DNA of 32,000 nt. Source: Methanothermobacter marburgensis str. Marburg. Its GTDB lineage: Archaea > Methanobacteriota > Methanobacteria > Methanobacteriales > Methanothermobacteraceae. A program made the position numbers and the translations under genes. The notes beneath the pieces are model-generated. The model ran no database searches. It was not told where the DNA came from and worked only from the letters and a program-made list of their open reading frames with translations. Positions 9,016-17,591 of this stretch are shown here, one piece after another. The stretch covers positions 390,001 to 422,000 of the forward strand of contig NC_014408.1 in NCBI RefSeq assembly GCF_000145295.1, written 5' to 3'. Within the stretch, counting starts at the first letter, position 1, and every line of letters starts with the position of its first letter.

Positions 9016-9609
9016 TCAGATCCTTGAGGTTCTTATTTCATAATCATCCTTTATCCTGCTTGTCTGGGGCCTTGTCTGGCCGATGTATTTGCTGTCACGT
9101 GATGGGTGACCATATGGTTTCTCTGCAGGACTTGTCATTGTCTCGAAGACTATCTGGCAGACCCTCTGGCCAGGGTAGAGGGCCACCGGCATCTTACCTA
9201 TATTGGATATCTCAAGGGTTATCCTTCCATGGAAGCCAGGGTCCACGTATCCTGCAGTTACATGCATGGTTATGCCGAGTCGCCCGATGGATGAACGGCC
9301 CTCAACCCTTGCAACAAGGTTATCTGGGAGCCCTATGTATTCATAGGTTGTTGCAAGGGCAAATTCACCTGGATGTATTATGAATGGACCCTCCTCAACA
9401 TGAAAGGTTTCCATGTATGATTCTATATCCGCAGGGTCCTTGGGGTCTATGCAGGGTTTTCTTATAACCCTGAATCCCCTGAATTCATCGCCTATTCTAA
9501 GGTCAACTGAGGATGGCTGTATCTGCCTTTCAGGGTCATCAAGGGGGTCTATGGTTATCAGTCCCTCCTCAAGGTACCTCTTTATGTCACGGTCGCTGAG
9601 TATTGCCAT
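9016..9609 (-). CDS. dcd: dCTP deaminase (dUTPase-superfamily; bifunctional dCTP deaminase/dUTPase type in methanogens), 197 aa
   Basis: MAILSDRDI..L.I.P......IQPSSVDLRIG, and a later GR.TLEISN motif typical of Dcd. GAGGAG SD lies 8 nt before ATG 9609. Confidence 0.85.
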   Translation of the reverse strand: MAILSDRDIKRYLEEGLITIDPLDDPERQIQPSSVDLRIGDEFRGFRVIRKPCIDPKDPADIESYMETFHVEEGPFIIHPGEFALATTYEYIGLPDNLVARVEGRSSIGRLGITMHVTAGYVDPGFHGRITLEISNIGKMPVALYPGQRVCQIVFETMTSPAEKPYGHPSRDSKYIGQTRPQTSRIKDDYEIRTSRI

Positions 9610-9611
9610 TA

Positions 9612-9708
9612 AAACATCTCCTCTTTATTTTTGGGGGTATTTTTCTTTTACCTTGCTCTTCCCAAAGCATCTCCTCTTTATTTTTTGGTGCTGTCCTTTT
9701 CTTTCACC
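9612..9708. repeat. Imperfect direct duplication (period 53 nt) of the DUF1512-like 3' end / dcd SD junction
   Basis: The 18-nt exact core catctcctctttattttt occurs at 9615-9632 and 9668-9685. The flanks still align (aaa.catc.. upstream; gg..t.t..ttttc.ttt.acc downstream). Confidence 0.8.
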
Positions 9709-10756
9709 CTGATCTCTCCGGGGTTTTCAACGGCGTCAGGTATGCCGCTGCTGTTACCCACACCGATTATGAGGATTGAATCTGCATCTGATCTGGATAT
9801 TATATCCTCTATCCTTGAGCGGGCGACGCTGCAGGCGTCAAGTATTTCCCTCGTCATATGGGACATCGCCTCCTCGGGGGACATCTTTATTATGATGGCG
9901 TGGGTTCTGTGTTCAAGTATCATGTTCTCCATGAACCACTTTTCAACCCCCAGGCCACCTATGGCCACCCCGACCCCCTCAGCCACTGTACCTGTTTTTT
10001 CACCCTCCATTTTAGCGGCAGCATCCACCATTATAACCTCGTCGAACTCATCCTCACTGAGGATCTCCTCAAGGGCCTTCACCACCATTCCAAGCCTTGA
10101 ACCGGGACCATGTGGCTTCAGAATACCAATATCCTTATCCATGAATCTTTTCCTTACATAGACCATTTCATGGAGGTGTTTTTTTCTGTCCTCTTCATCT
10201 ATGAGCATCCCTGCTGTGAGGGGGCCGGCACCGTCACCCAGGGGGAGGGAGGATGAGATTGCCTGGCAGCCATCCAGGTATGCCCTGGCGGTCCTCATGA
10301 TCAGCTCAAGGTTCATCTGGAGTGCAACCAGAATCTGAAGGTTTCCTGTCTTCCTTGATAGTTCAAGGTTATGCCTGAGAAATTTGAGGATACCTCTGAT
10401 ACCTGCGGTCACCTTCATGCACATTATTATGGTTAGCCTTTTTTTCACTGTCCGCATCTGGGGGAAAGTACTTCAATCATCTCCCTGATACGGAGGTCTC
10501 CCATCTCAAGGAGCCTCCTGAATTTATCTGCAAGTCCTGATGGATCAATATCCGAGGGGGGTACTATGAAGAACTCCAGGTAGTCCTCCAGGAGACCCTC
10601 ATCTGTGATGCCGCTGAGGTCCATTATTATCTTTCTGGCCTTCTTCTCCATATCATCCAGTTCCCTGATGGCCCCCTCAACCGCAGAGAACATCCTCATC
10701 CTGATTATAACAGGCAGGAAAATGATGAGTACGATGAAGATAATGATACCCACCAT
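9678..10756 (-). pseudogene. DUF1512-like membrane-anchored protein, split into two overlapping ORFs (103 aa + 259 aa) at a C5 run
   Basis: ORF 10445..10756(-) has an N-terminal TM helix and ends ..EVLSPRCGQ*. ORF 9678..10457(-) starts 13 nt before that stop, in the -1 frame. One extra C in the C5 run (G5 on + at 10460-10464) would give a continuous 360-codon frame ..EVLSPQMRTVKK... The family name is from memory (archaeal ~360-aa proteins with one N-terminal TM). An alternative start is CTG 10777 (see findings). Confidence 0.5.
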
Positions 10757-10795
10757 ATCAAGTAAACCGAAAAACAGACCAAGACCTCCTGAACC

Positions 10796-11518
10796 TTATT
10801 CTTTCATCCTGTTTTTTATTCTCCGGAGGACACCCTTAAGTGTATGGTCCTCCCTTGCTGTTCTGAAGGCCCTCCCGGTCACATTCCTGAACACCCTCGA
10901 GGCAACCCTCTCCTTGTGTGGGGGAATGTCAATCAATGAGAGTATCTCGTCCATCTCATCCACGAGAAGTTTTTTTTCAACTCCTGAGGCATCCTCAAGT
11001 CCTTCGCAGTCAAAATCTCTTTTTTTGAATATCTCATAAAATATTATTGCGGCGGCGTGGGTTATATTCATTATGGGGTATTCCCTATCTGTGGGGATAC
11101 TCACCACCATGTCGCATAGGCCGAGCTCCCTGTTTGAGAGCCCATCCCCCTCACGCCCAAAGAGGATGAAGGTCCTTGAGGAGGGGTTGATGGCTGAGGC
11201 GAGCTGGGATGGTCTCAGGGGTATTCTGTCAACGTTGTAGCTCCCTCCAGGCACACCGGTTGTTCCAACAAGAAAGTCAGGTTCAAGGTTTTCTATCATC
11301 TCATCAAGGGTCTGGTAGATGATGGCATCCTCAACAAGGTCCCTGGCATGCATTGCCTGGTAATAGGCCTCATCCTCAAGGCTGCAGGGGTTTATGAGGA
11401 TGAGATTTTGAAGGCCGAAGTTCTTCATGGCCCTCGCAAGGAAACCCACATTCCCAGGGGTTTCAGGTTCCACAAAGACGACCCCAATGTTTCTGGAGAG
11501 GAGCTCGTAAACTTCCAT
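10796..11518 (-). CDS. SPOUT-class (SpoU/TrmH/TrmJ-like) RNA 2'-O-methyltransferase, 240 aa
   Basis: VVFVEPETPGNVGFLARAMKNFG.. at the N-terminus, FILFGREGDGLS and SIPT....P.MNITHAAAI at the knot region; these are typical TrmJ/SpoU motifs. GAGGGGG SD lies 6 nt before ATG 11518. Confidence 0.8.
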   Translation of the reverse strand: MEVYELLSRNIGVVFVEPETPGNVGFLARAMKNFGLQNLILINPCSLEDEAYYQAMHARDLVEDAIIYQTLDEMIENLEPDFLVGTTGVPGGSYNVDRIPLRPSQLASAINPSSRTFILFGREGDGLSNRELGLCDMVVSIPTDREYPIMNITHAAAIIFYEIFKKRDFDCEGLEDASGVEKKLLVDEMDEILSLIDIPPHKERVASRVFRNVTGRAFRTAREDHTLKGVLRRIKNRMKE

Positions 11519-11529
11519 ATCCAGCCCCC

Positions 11530-12999
11530 TCAGTCATCGGAATAGGCCATGTCGAGGAGTTCAAGGATGTTCATAACCTTCACGTCCCCAAGACCCTCCT
11601 TCTCAAGGGAATCCTTTATATGGAGCTGGCAGAAGGGGCATATTGTTATCACGGCGTCAACATTGAGTTTGCGTATCATCTCAGCCTTCTTCTTTCCCAG
11701 GCTTTCGGCTATCTCAGGTTTACCGGATTTCACACCTCCACCTGATCCACAGCACTGCCCCTGTTTTTCCATTTCAACAAATTCAAGGCCCGGGATGCTG
11801 TTAAGTATCTTCCTTGGCTCCAGTTTAACGCCCTGACCCCTCAGAAGGTGGCAGGGATCATGGTAGGTCACCCTCATATTGACAGGCTTCATTTTAATGT
11901 CGTCGATCCGATCTGCCAGGAATTCGCTGATGTCAAGGACGTTCAGTTCAACGCCATAACGGGGATAGTCCTTCTTGAGGGTGGCTCCGCAGCCAGCACA
12001 GACTGTTATTATGGTGTCATACCCCTCGAGGGCCCTCCTGTTTCTCTCAACAAGATCCTCAACAATGTCGAGCTGTCCTGTCCTTATCATGGGTGATCCG
12101 CAGCACACCTGACCATCAGGGACGTCAACCTCGAAGCCGTGTTCTCTCAGCACCCTCAGAAGTGCCATTCCAACATCAGGCATCCTGTAGTCGACCAGGC
12201 ATCCTGTGAAGAAACCTATCCTTGAGCCCGGGTTCTGCCCCACTGATTCAATGAAACCCTTTCCTATATGGTCAACGGATCTGCCTGTCTCTGAAATGAG
12301 TTTTTTGATCTTTCTGTGGGCATCGAGGGGTCCTGCGCCCTCTCTGCATGCCATGGCCCTCAGCTTTTCAATCGCATCCCCGGGTACATTGAGTTCCTTG
12401 GGGCATACCTCGGCACATTTACCGCAGGTGGTACAGCAGTAAAGTCCTTCCTCCACACCCCCAGCGGCTCTTTCGGCCTCATCACGTGGATCGAAGGCAA
12501 ATTTTGATATGTACCTCATGAAGTAGGGTCCTGCATACTCTGTGCTCTCCTTTATAACAGGGCATGAACTTATGCAGGAGAAACACTCTATGCATCCCCT
12601 CAGTTTTTTGGTGTCCTGGTAGTCCTCTGGTTTGATCCTCTGGATGCCCCTTGCTTCTGACTGGAGGTAGAGGCCCATGGCCCTCACCTTATCCTCTATT
12701 TCGCTCCTGTCAACCATCAGGTCCTTTATAACCGGGAGGTCCACCGGCTCAATAACGGCACCATCCTCCACCTCTGCCCTGCATGCCAGGACAACCTCTC
12801 CGTTCATCTTAACAGCACATGAACCGCACTGCCCTGCCCTGCATGAGCTTCTGAAGGCAATATTGGCATTATACATTTTATTTATAAGCTGAAGGGCATC
12901 AAGAACCTTCATTTTTTCCTTTGAAGGTATATCATAACTTTCAAGATGTGGTTTCTCATCTACACCTGGTTCAAACCTTAAAACCTTAACATTTATCAT
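11530..12999 (-). CDS. tfrB: Thiol:fumarate reductase subunit B-like iron-sulfur protein (SdhB/FrdB-like N-half fused to HdrD-like CCG-domain half), 489 aa
   Basis: 2Fe-2S motif CRAGQCGSCAVKMNG, ferredoxin-type CIECFSCISSCP and CCTTCGKCAEVCP, and two CCG motifs (QVCCGSP, QCCGSGGG). This fusion architecture is the one described for Methanothermobacter TfrB. No flavoprotein (tfrA) gene is adjacent. Confidence 0.75.
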   Translation of the reverse strand: MINVKVLRFEPGVDEKPHLESYDIPSKEKMKVLDALQLINKMYNANIAFRSSCRAGQCGSCAVKMNGEVVLACRAEVEDGAVIEPVDLPVIKDLMVDRSEIEDKVRAMGLYLQSEARGIQRIKPEDYQDTKKLRGCIECFSCISSCPVIKESTEYAGPYFMRYISKFAFDPRDEAERAAGGVEEGLYCCTTCGKCAEVCPKELNVPGDAIEKLRAMACREGAGPLDAHRKIKKLISETGRSVDHIGKGFIESVGQNPGSRIGFFTGCLVDYRMPDVGMALLRVLREHGFEVDVPDGQVCCGSPMIRTGQLDIVEDLVERNRRALEGYDTIITVCAGCGATLKKDYPRYGVELNVLDISEFLADRIDDIKMKPVNMRVTYHDPCHLLRGQGVKLEPRKILNSIPGLEFVEMEKQGQCCGSGGGVKSGKPEIAESLGKKKAEMIRKLNVDAVITICPFCQLHIKDSLEKEGLGDVKVMNILELLDMAYSDD

Positions 13000-13096
13000 T
13001 TTTATCTCCGCACCGAATCATGTGAAGAAATTATTTAGAATTAACTGAATCCTAATTGTTCATGGTCCATATTAAGGTTTGTGATTCCAACTGATA

Positions 13097-13113
13097 AATT
13101 TTTTATAAAATGT
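13097..13113 (+). promoter_or_regulatory. TATA-box-like element in the tfrB / iorA divergent region
   Basis: aaattttttataaaatg. If it serves iorA, it implies a 5' UTR of ~85 nt. Confidence 0.3.
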
Positions 13114-13217
13114 TAATAGATGTATTCTGAGTACGGTTGCTATGTGTACTGACAGGATGTATCGCCTTGCAGGCCATCCACAGCAGAGTACTTAAATTAT
13201 TACTCCGAGGTGATTTC

Positions 13218-15074
13218 ATGGAACTGGATGATATCCTTGACGCCGGAAGGGGCGATAGATTATTCTTACTTGGTAACGAGGCAGCGGTGAGGGCCGCAAT
13301 AGAGTCGGGGGTTGGTGTAGCAAGCACCTACCCGGGGACACCATCATCAGAGATAGGAAACGTCCTATCAAAGATTGCAAAGAGGGCAGGGATCTACTTT
13401 GAATTCTCGATAAATGAGAAGGTGGCACTTGAAGTCGCCGCGGCAGCCGCTGCATCAGGGGTCCGCTCATTCACATTCATGAAGCATGTGGGGCTGAATG
13501 TTGCATCAGACTCATTCATGAGTGTCGCATACACCGGTGTGAGGGCCGGAATGGTTGTCCTATCTGCCGATGACCCCTCGATGTTCTCATCACAGAATGA
13601 ACAGGATAACAGGCACTACGCACGCCTTGCATGGGTTCCACTCCTCGAACCCTCAAATCCACAGGAGATCCTTGAATACATGAATCATGCCTTTGAACTC
13701 TCAGAGGAATACAGGATACCGGTACTTTTAAGGACCACAACCAGGGTCTCACACATGAGGGGAGTTGTGGAGGCTGGCGAGAGAAGGGCGGAACCAGTGA
13801 AGGGGTTTTTCAGAAAGAATCCAGAGCAGTTTGTACCTGTACCTGCAACCGCAAGGGTGATGCGCAGGGAACTTGTTGAGAAGATGAAGAAACTTAAGAG
13901 AGTTGCAGACACCTCAGAACTGAACAGGGTACTCAATGAGGACTCTGAATCGGATCTGGGAATAATTGCATCTGGAGGGGCTTTCAACTATGTATACGAT
14001 GCACTCCAGACACTTGGACTTGATGTCCCGGTCCTGAAACTGGGATTCACCTACCCCTTCCCTGCGGGACTTGTAGCCGAGTTTCTCTCTGGACTTGAAG
14101 GGGTGCTTGTTGTTGAGGAGGTGGACTCTGTAATGGAGAAGGAGGTCCTTGCAGTCGCAACATCAGAGGGCCTTGATGTGGGGGTCCATGGAAAACTGGA
14201 CGGCACACTCCCTGAGATATATGAGTACAGTGAGGACATAGTTAGAAGGGCCATTTCAGGACTCACAGGAATCAAAAGCCATGAAAAGGGAATAGAAGCG
14301 CCTGAGTTACCTGAAAGACCCCCTGCACTCTGTCCCGGATGTCCCCACAGGGCCATGTACTATTCGGTGAGGAGGGCCGCCTCTGAACTCGGTATTGAGG
14401 GGGAGGATCTCATATTCCCCACCGATATCGGGTGCTACACCCTTGGGATAGAGCCCCCCTACTCTGCGGCAGATTACCTCCTCAGCATGGGGTCCAGTGT
14501 GGGTACCGCCTGCGGGTTTTCGGCTGCAACATCCCAGAGGATAGTTTCTTTCATAGGGGATTCCACCTTTTTCCATGCAGGTATACCGCCACTCATAAAT
14601 GCTGTCCACAACAGGCAGAGGTTCGTTCTGGTTATACTGGATAACAGGACAACTGCAATGACAGGTGGACAGCCACACCCGGGGCTCCCGGTTGATGGGA
14701 TGGGGGAGGAGGCCCCAGCCATATCCATAGAGGATATCACCAGGGCCTGTGGTGTTGAATTTGTGGAGACCGTTAACCCAATGAACATAAGGAGATCCTC
14801 TGAAACCATCAGAAGGGCCCTTCAGCACGAATCTGTGGCCGTGGTTATATCCAGATACCCCTGCATGCTATCTGAGGGCGCTGTCCGCGGAAGGCCGGTG
14901 AGGGTTGATGAGGAGAAATGTGACCTCTGTCTTGAATGCCTCAATGAACTTGCCTGTCCAGCGATAGTTGAGGAGGATGGAAGGGTATTCATAGATCCCC
15001 TCTACTGCAGGGGATGTACCATATGCCTCCAGATATGTCCAGCAGGAGCCATAAAACCGGAGGGAAAAAGATGA
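13218..15074 (+). CDS. iorA: Indolepyruvate:ferredoxin oxidoreductase, alpha subunit, 618 aa
   Basis: N-terminal [33 protein letters not shown]-binding [10 protein letters not shown], and a C-terminal 2x[4Fe-4S] [14 protein letters not shown] / [13 protein letters not shown] moved the start to ATG 13218 (GAGGTGAT at 13207-13214). The track start at 13137 adds a non-protein-like leader. Confidence 0.9.
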
Positions 15075-15661
15075 GCTACAACATTTATGTGTGTGGTGTT
15101 GGCGGTCAGGGGATAATAAAGACATCCGTTATAATCGGTGAGGCCGCCATGAATGAGGGAATGAATGTTGTCATGAGTGAGATCCATGGGATGGCCCAGA
15201 GGGGTGGTGCTGTCTCAACAGAGATAAGGTTCGGTGATGTGAGGGGTTCCATCATACCTCAGGGTGAAGCTGACCTCGTAATAGCCTTCGAACCCCTTGA
15301 GGCCCTGAGGGCACTTCCCAAAATGTCCGAAGACGCCTGTGTAATTGTGAATACATCAAAGATACCACCATTCAACCTGATAAAAAGCCCACACCCCTAT
15401 CCTCCCCTAGAAGAGATAATTAAAACTCTCGAGGAGAATGCAGGAAGGGTGAGGAGCTTCAATGGGGAGAAAATCGCTGTGGAGGCAGGTCACATACTAT
15501 CACTCAACATGGTTATGCTGGGCGCCGCAGCGGCCACCACTGGGTTTCCACTGGGTGAAGAGACACTTATAGAGTCCATGAAGAATAACCTGCCCCCAAA
15601 GTTGATGGAAGTAAACCTGAGGGCATTCCATGAGGGATTTGAGACTGTTAATTGTGACTGA
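15071..15661 (+). CDS. iorB: Indolepyruvate:ferredoxin oxidoreductase, beta subunit, 196 aa
   Basis: [15 protein letters not shown].. and [10 protein letters not shown] motifs of the IorB/POR-gamma family. ATG 15071 overlaps the iorA stop (ATGA). Confidence 0.9.
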
Positions 15662-15754
15662 GGTTTAAGTATTTGGAGGATGTAGATATCCTCAGACGTA
15701 GGAACTTAATTGTGACTGGTGGTTAAGGGTTTAGAGGATGTAGATATCCTCAGA
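15648..15754. repeat. Tandem direct duplication (49-nt copies, period 58 nt, 43/49 identical) of the convergent iorB / ACT-gene stop-to-stop junction
   Basis: Copy 1 is 15648-15696 and copy 2 is 15706-15754; I counted them base by base. The last 21 nt gaggatgtagatatcctcaga are identical. Each copy carries the hairpin GAGGAT-gtagat-ATCCTC. Confidence 0.9.
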
Positions 15755-16162
15755 TGAAAGTACGGGGATCCCAGCATCCTCAAGTGCCCTTATACCCTCA
15801 TCAACATCCTCTGTCCTTATAACAACGACTGCCTTTTCCCCCTTTTTCTCAACGAAGGCGTAGATGTATTCCACGTTTATATCCCTCTCTGTGAGCACAC
15901 CCAGTATACCGTCAAGTCCTCCAGGTTCATCAGGTACCTCAACGGCTATAACATCGTTGACCCTCACCACGAAGTTCTTCTTCTCAAGGGCTTTCCTTGC
16001 AGCTTCAGGGTCCGAAACTATCATCCTCAGTATCCCAAATTCGGATGTGTCCGCAATGGAAAGGGCCCTTATGTTTACACCCTCCTCTGAAAGGGCGTGA
16101 ATGGCATTTTTCAGCCTGCCCTTTCTGTTTTCAAGAAAGACTGATATCTGCTTCAGTTTCAT
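15731..16162 (-). CDS. ACT-domain (amino-acid-binding regulatory domain) protein, 143 aa
   Basis: Two ACT-like beta-alpha-beta-beta-alpha-beta repeats ([13 protein letters not shown]...L.EEGVNI.ALS and [17 protein letters not shown]). GGAGG (complement of 16171-16175) lies 8 nt before ATG 16162, and the gene starts 14 nt after the upstream ligase stop. Confidence 0.75.
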   Translation of the reverse strand: MKLKQISVFLENRKGRLKNAIHALSEEGVNIRALSIADTSEFGILRMIVSDPEAARKALEKKNFVVRVNDVIAVEVPDEPGGLDGILGVLTERDINVEYIYAFVEKKGEKAVVVIRTEDVDEGIRALEDAGIPVLSSEDIYIL

Positions 16163-16176
16163 TTAAGGCACCTCCA

Positions 16177-17478
16177 TTAGTCAAATTTCCTCTTATCTAT
16201 TACCCTTATGGCTTTACCCTCACTTCTTGGAAGGCTTCCTGGCTCCACAAGTGTGACGTTAACACGCAGACCTATTTCGCTGTGTATATGCTTCTCTATC
16301 ATCCTTCTGGCCTCTTCCACATGTTTAACCTCATCGGAGAAGAGTTTGGGGGACGCTTCAACCTGGACCTCAAGCTCATCCAGAAACTCGGGCCTTGTGA
16401 CCACTATCTGGTAGTGTGGTTCAAGACCCTTTATCTTGAGGAGGGCCCTTTCGATCTGTGATGGGAAGACAATGACACCCCTGATCTTGAGCATGTCGTC
16501 GCTTCTACCGGTTATTCTGTCCATCCTCACAAGGGTACGGCCGCAACCGCATTCATCGTTCCTGAGGGCTGTTATATCCTTTGTCCTGAACCTGAGGATT
16601 GGCATACCCTCCCTTGTGAGTGTTGTGAGTACCAGCTCCCCCTTCCTGCCATAGGGGAGTTTCTCTTCTGTTTTAGGGTCTATTATCTCAGGGTAGAAGT
16701 GATCCTCAAATATGTGGAGGCCGTTCTTCTCGGTACACTCCTGGGCGACTCCTGGCCCTATTATCTCTGTGAGGCCATAGATGTTGAGGGCGGTGAGTCC
16801 CAGCCTTTCCTCTATGGCATTTCTCATTTCTTCGGTCCACATCTCGGCACCGAATATGCCTGATTTGAGGTTCAGACTTTCAATGTCGACGCCCTCCTTT
16901 TCAAGGACCTCTGCAAGGTAGAGTGCATAGGAGGGTGTGCATGTTATTATTGTGGTCCCGAAGTCCTGCATTATCTCGATCTGCCTCTTGGTGTTACCCG
17001 CTGAGATTGGGATGACGGTCGCCCCGATCTTCTGGGCCCCGTAGTGGACACCAAGGCCCCCTGTGAAAAGCCCGTACCCATAGCAGTTCTGTATACGGTC
17101 CTTCTTTGTTGCCATCCCCATGGTCAGGGATCTCGCCATTACCTCCGACCATATTTCAAGGTCCCTCCTGGTGTAACCGGAAACAACTGGCTTACCGGTG
17201 GTTCCTGATGATGTGTGGACCTCCACTATATCCTCATCTGGCACTGCAAACATCCCGAAGGGGTATGCGTCCCTGAGGTCATTCTTTGTGGTGAAGGGCA
17301 GCTTCTCTATATCATCCAGTGTTTCTATGTCCTCTGGAAACACCTCTAAATCGTTTAAACGTTTGTTGTAGTATGGCACGTTTTCATAGGCCCTTTTAAC
17401 TGTCTCCTGCAGTCTCCTGAGCTGTAATTCCTGTTTTTCTTCCTGACTCATGCATTCTGCTTCAGGGTTCCATATCAT
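16177..17478 (-). CDS. Phenylacetate-CoA-ligase-family adenylate-forming enzyme (PaaK-like; homologs in methanogens are also annotated as coenzyme F390 synthetase-like), 433 aa
   Basis: AMP-binding motif [15 protein letters not shown], and the C-terminal KIRG..V.P..IE lid motif of the PaaK family. AAGGAGATCA SD lies before ATG 17478. Confidence 0.8.
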   Translation of the reverse strand: MIWNPEAECMSQEEKQELQLRRLQETVKRAYENVPYYNKRLNDLEVFPEDIETLDDIEKLPFTTKNDLRDAYPFGMFAVPDEDIVEVHTSSGTTGKPVVSGYTRRDLEIWSEVMARSLTMGMATKKDRIQNCYGYGLFTGGLGVHYGAQKIGATVIPISAGNTKRQIEIMQDFGTTIITCTPSYALYLAEVLEKEGVDIESLNLKSGIFGAEMWTEEMRNAIEERLGLTALNIYGLTEIIGPGVAQECTEKNGLHIFEDHFYPEIIDPKTEEKLPYGRKGELVLTTLTREGMPILRFRTKDITALRNDECGCGRTLVRMDRITGRSDDMLKIRGVIVFPSQIERALLKIKGLEPHYQIVVTRPEFLDELEVQVEASPKLFSDEVKHVEEARRMIEKHIHSEIGLRVNVTLVEPGSLPRSEGKAIRVIDKRKFD

Positions 17479-17591
17479 TTTGATCTCCTTTGAATGTGAT
17501 TCTCTCAGTTTTCTTTCTGTAAAGACTTATATGTTAATTATCATTATCGTTAATTATAAATTGTAACTGATAAACGTAAGGAGGATGTTGA

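Noticed and set aside
13137-13217. N-terminal extensions offered by the ORF track for iorA (13137), iorB (15014), the YhgE/Pip gene (21581), Roadblock (383) and glyS (9006).
   Set aside because: The extensions are non-protein-like or overlap the upstream gene or its SD. Internal ATGs with properly spaced GGAGG/GGTGAT sites coincide with the conserved family N-termini.
13131-13217. Possible ~85-nt structured leader or riboswitch upstream of iorA (GGATG..CATCC pairing at about 13158-13185).
   Set aside because: Only a 5-bp stem is visible, and the TSS is inferred from a single TATA-like box. The evidence is insufficient.
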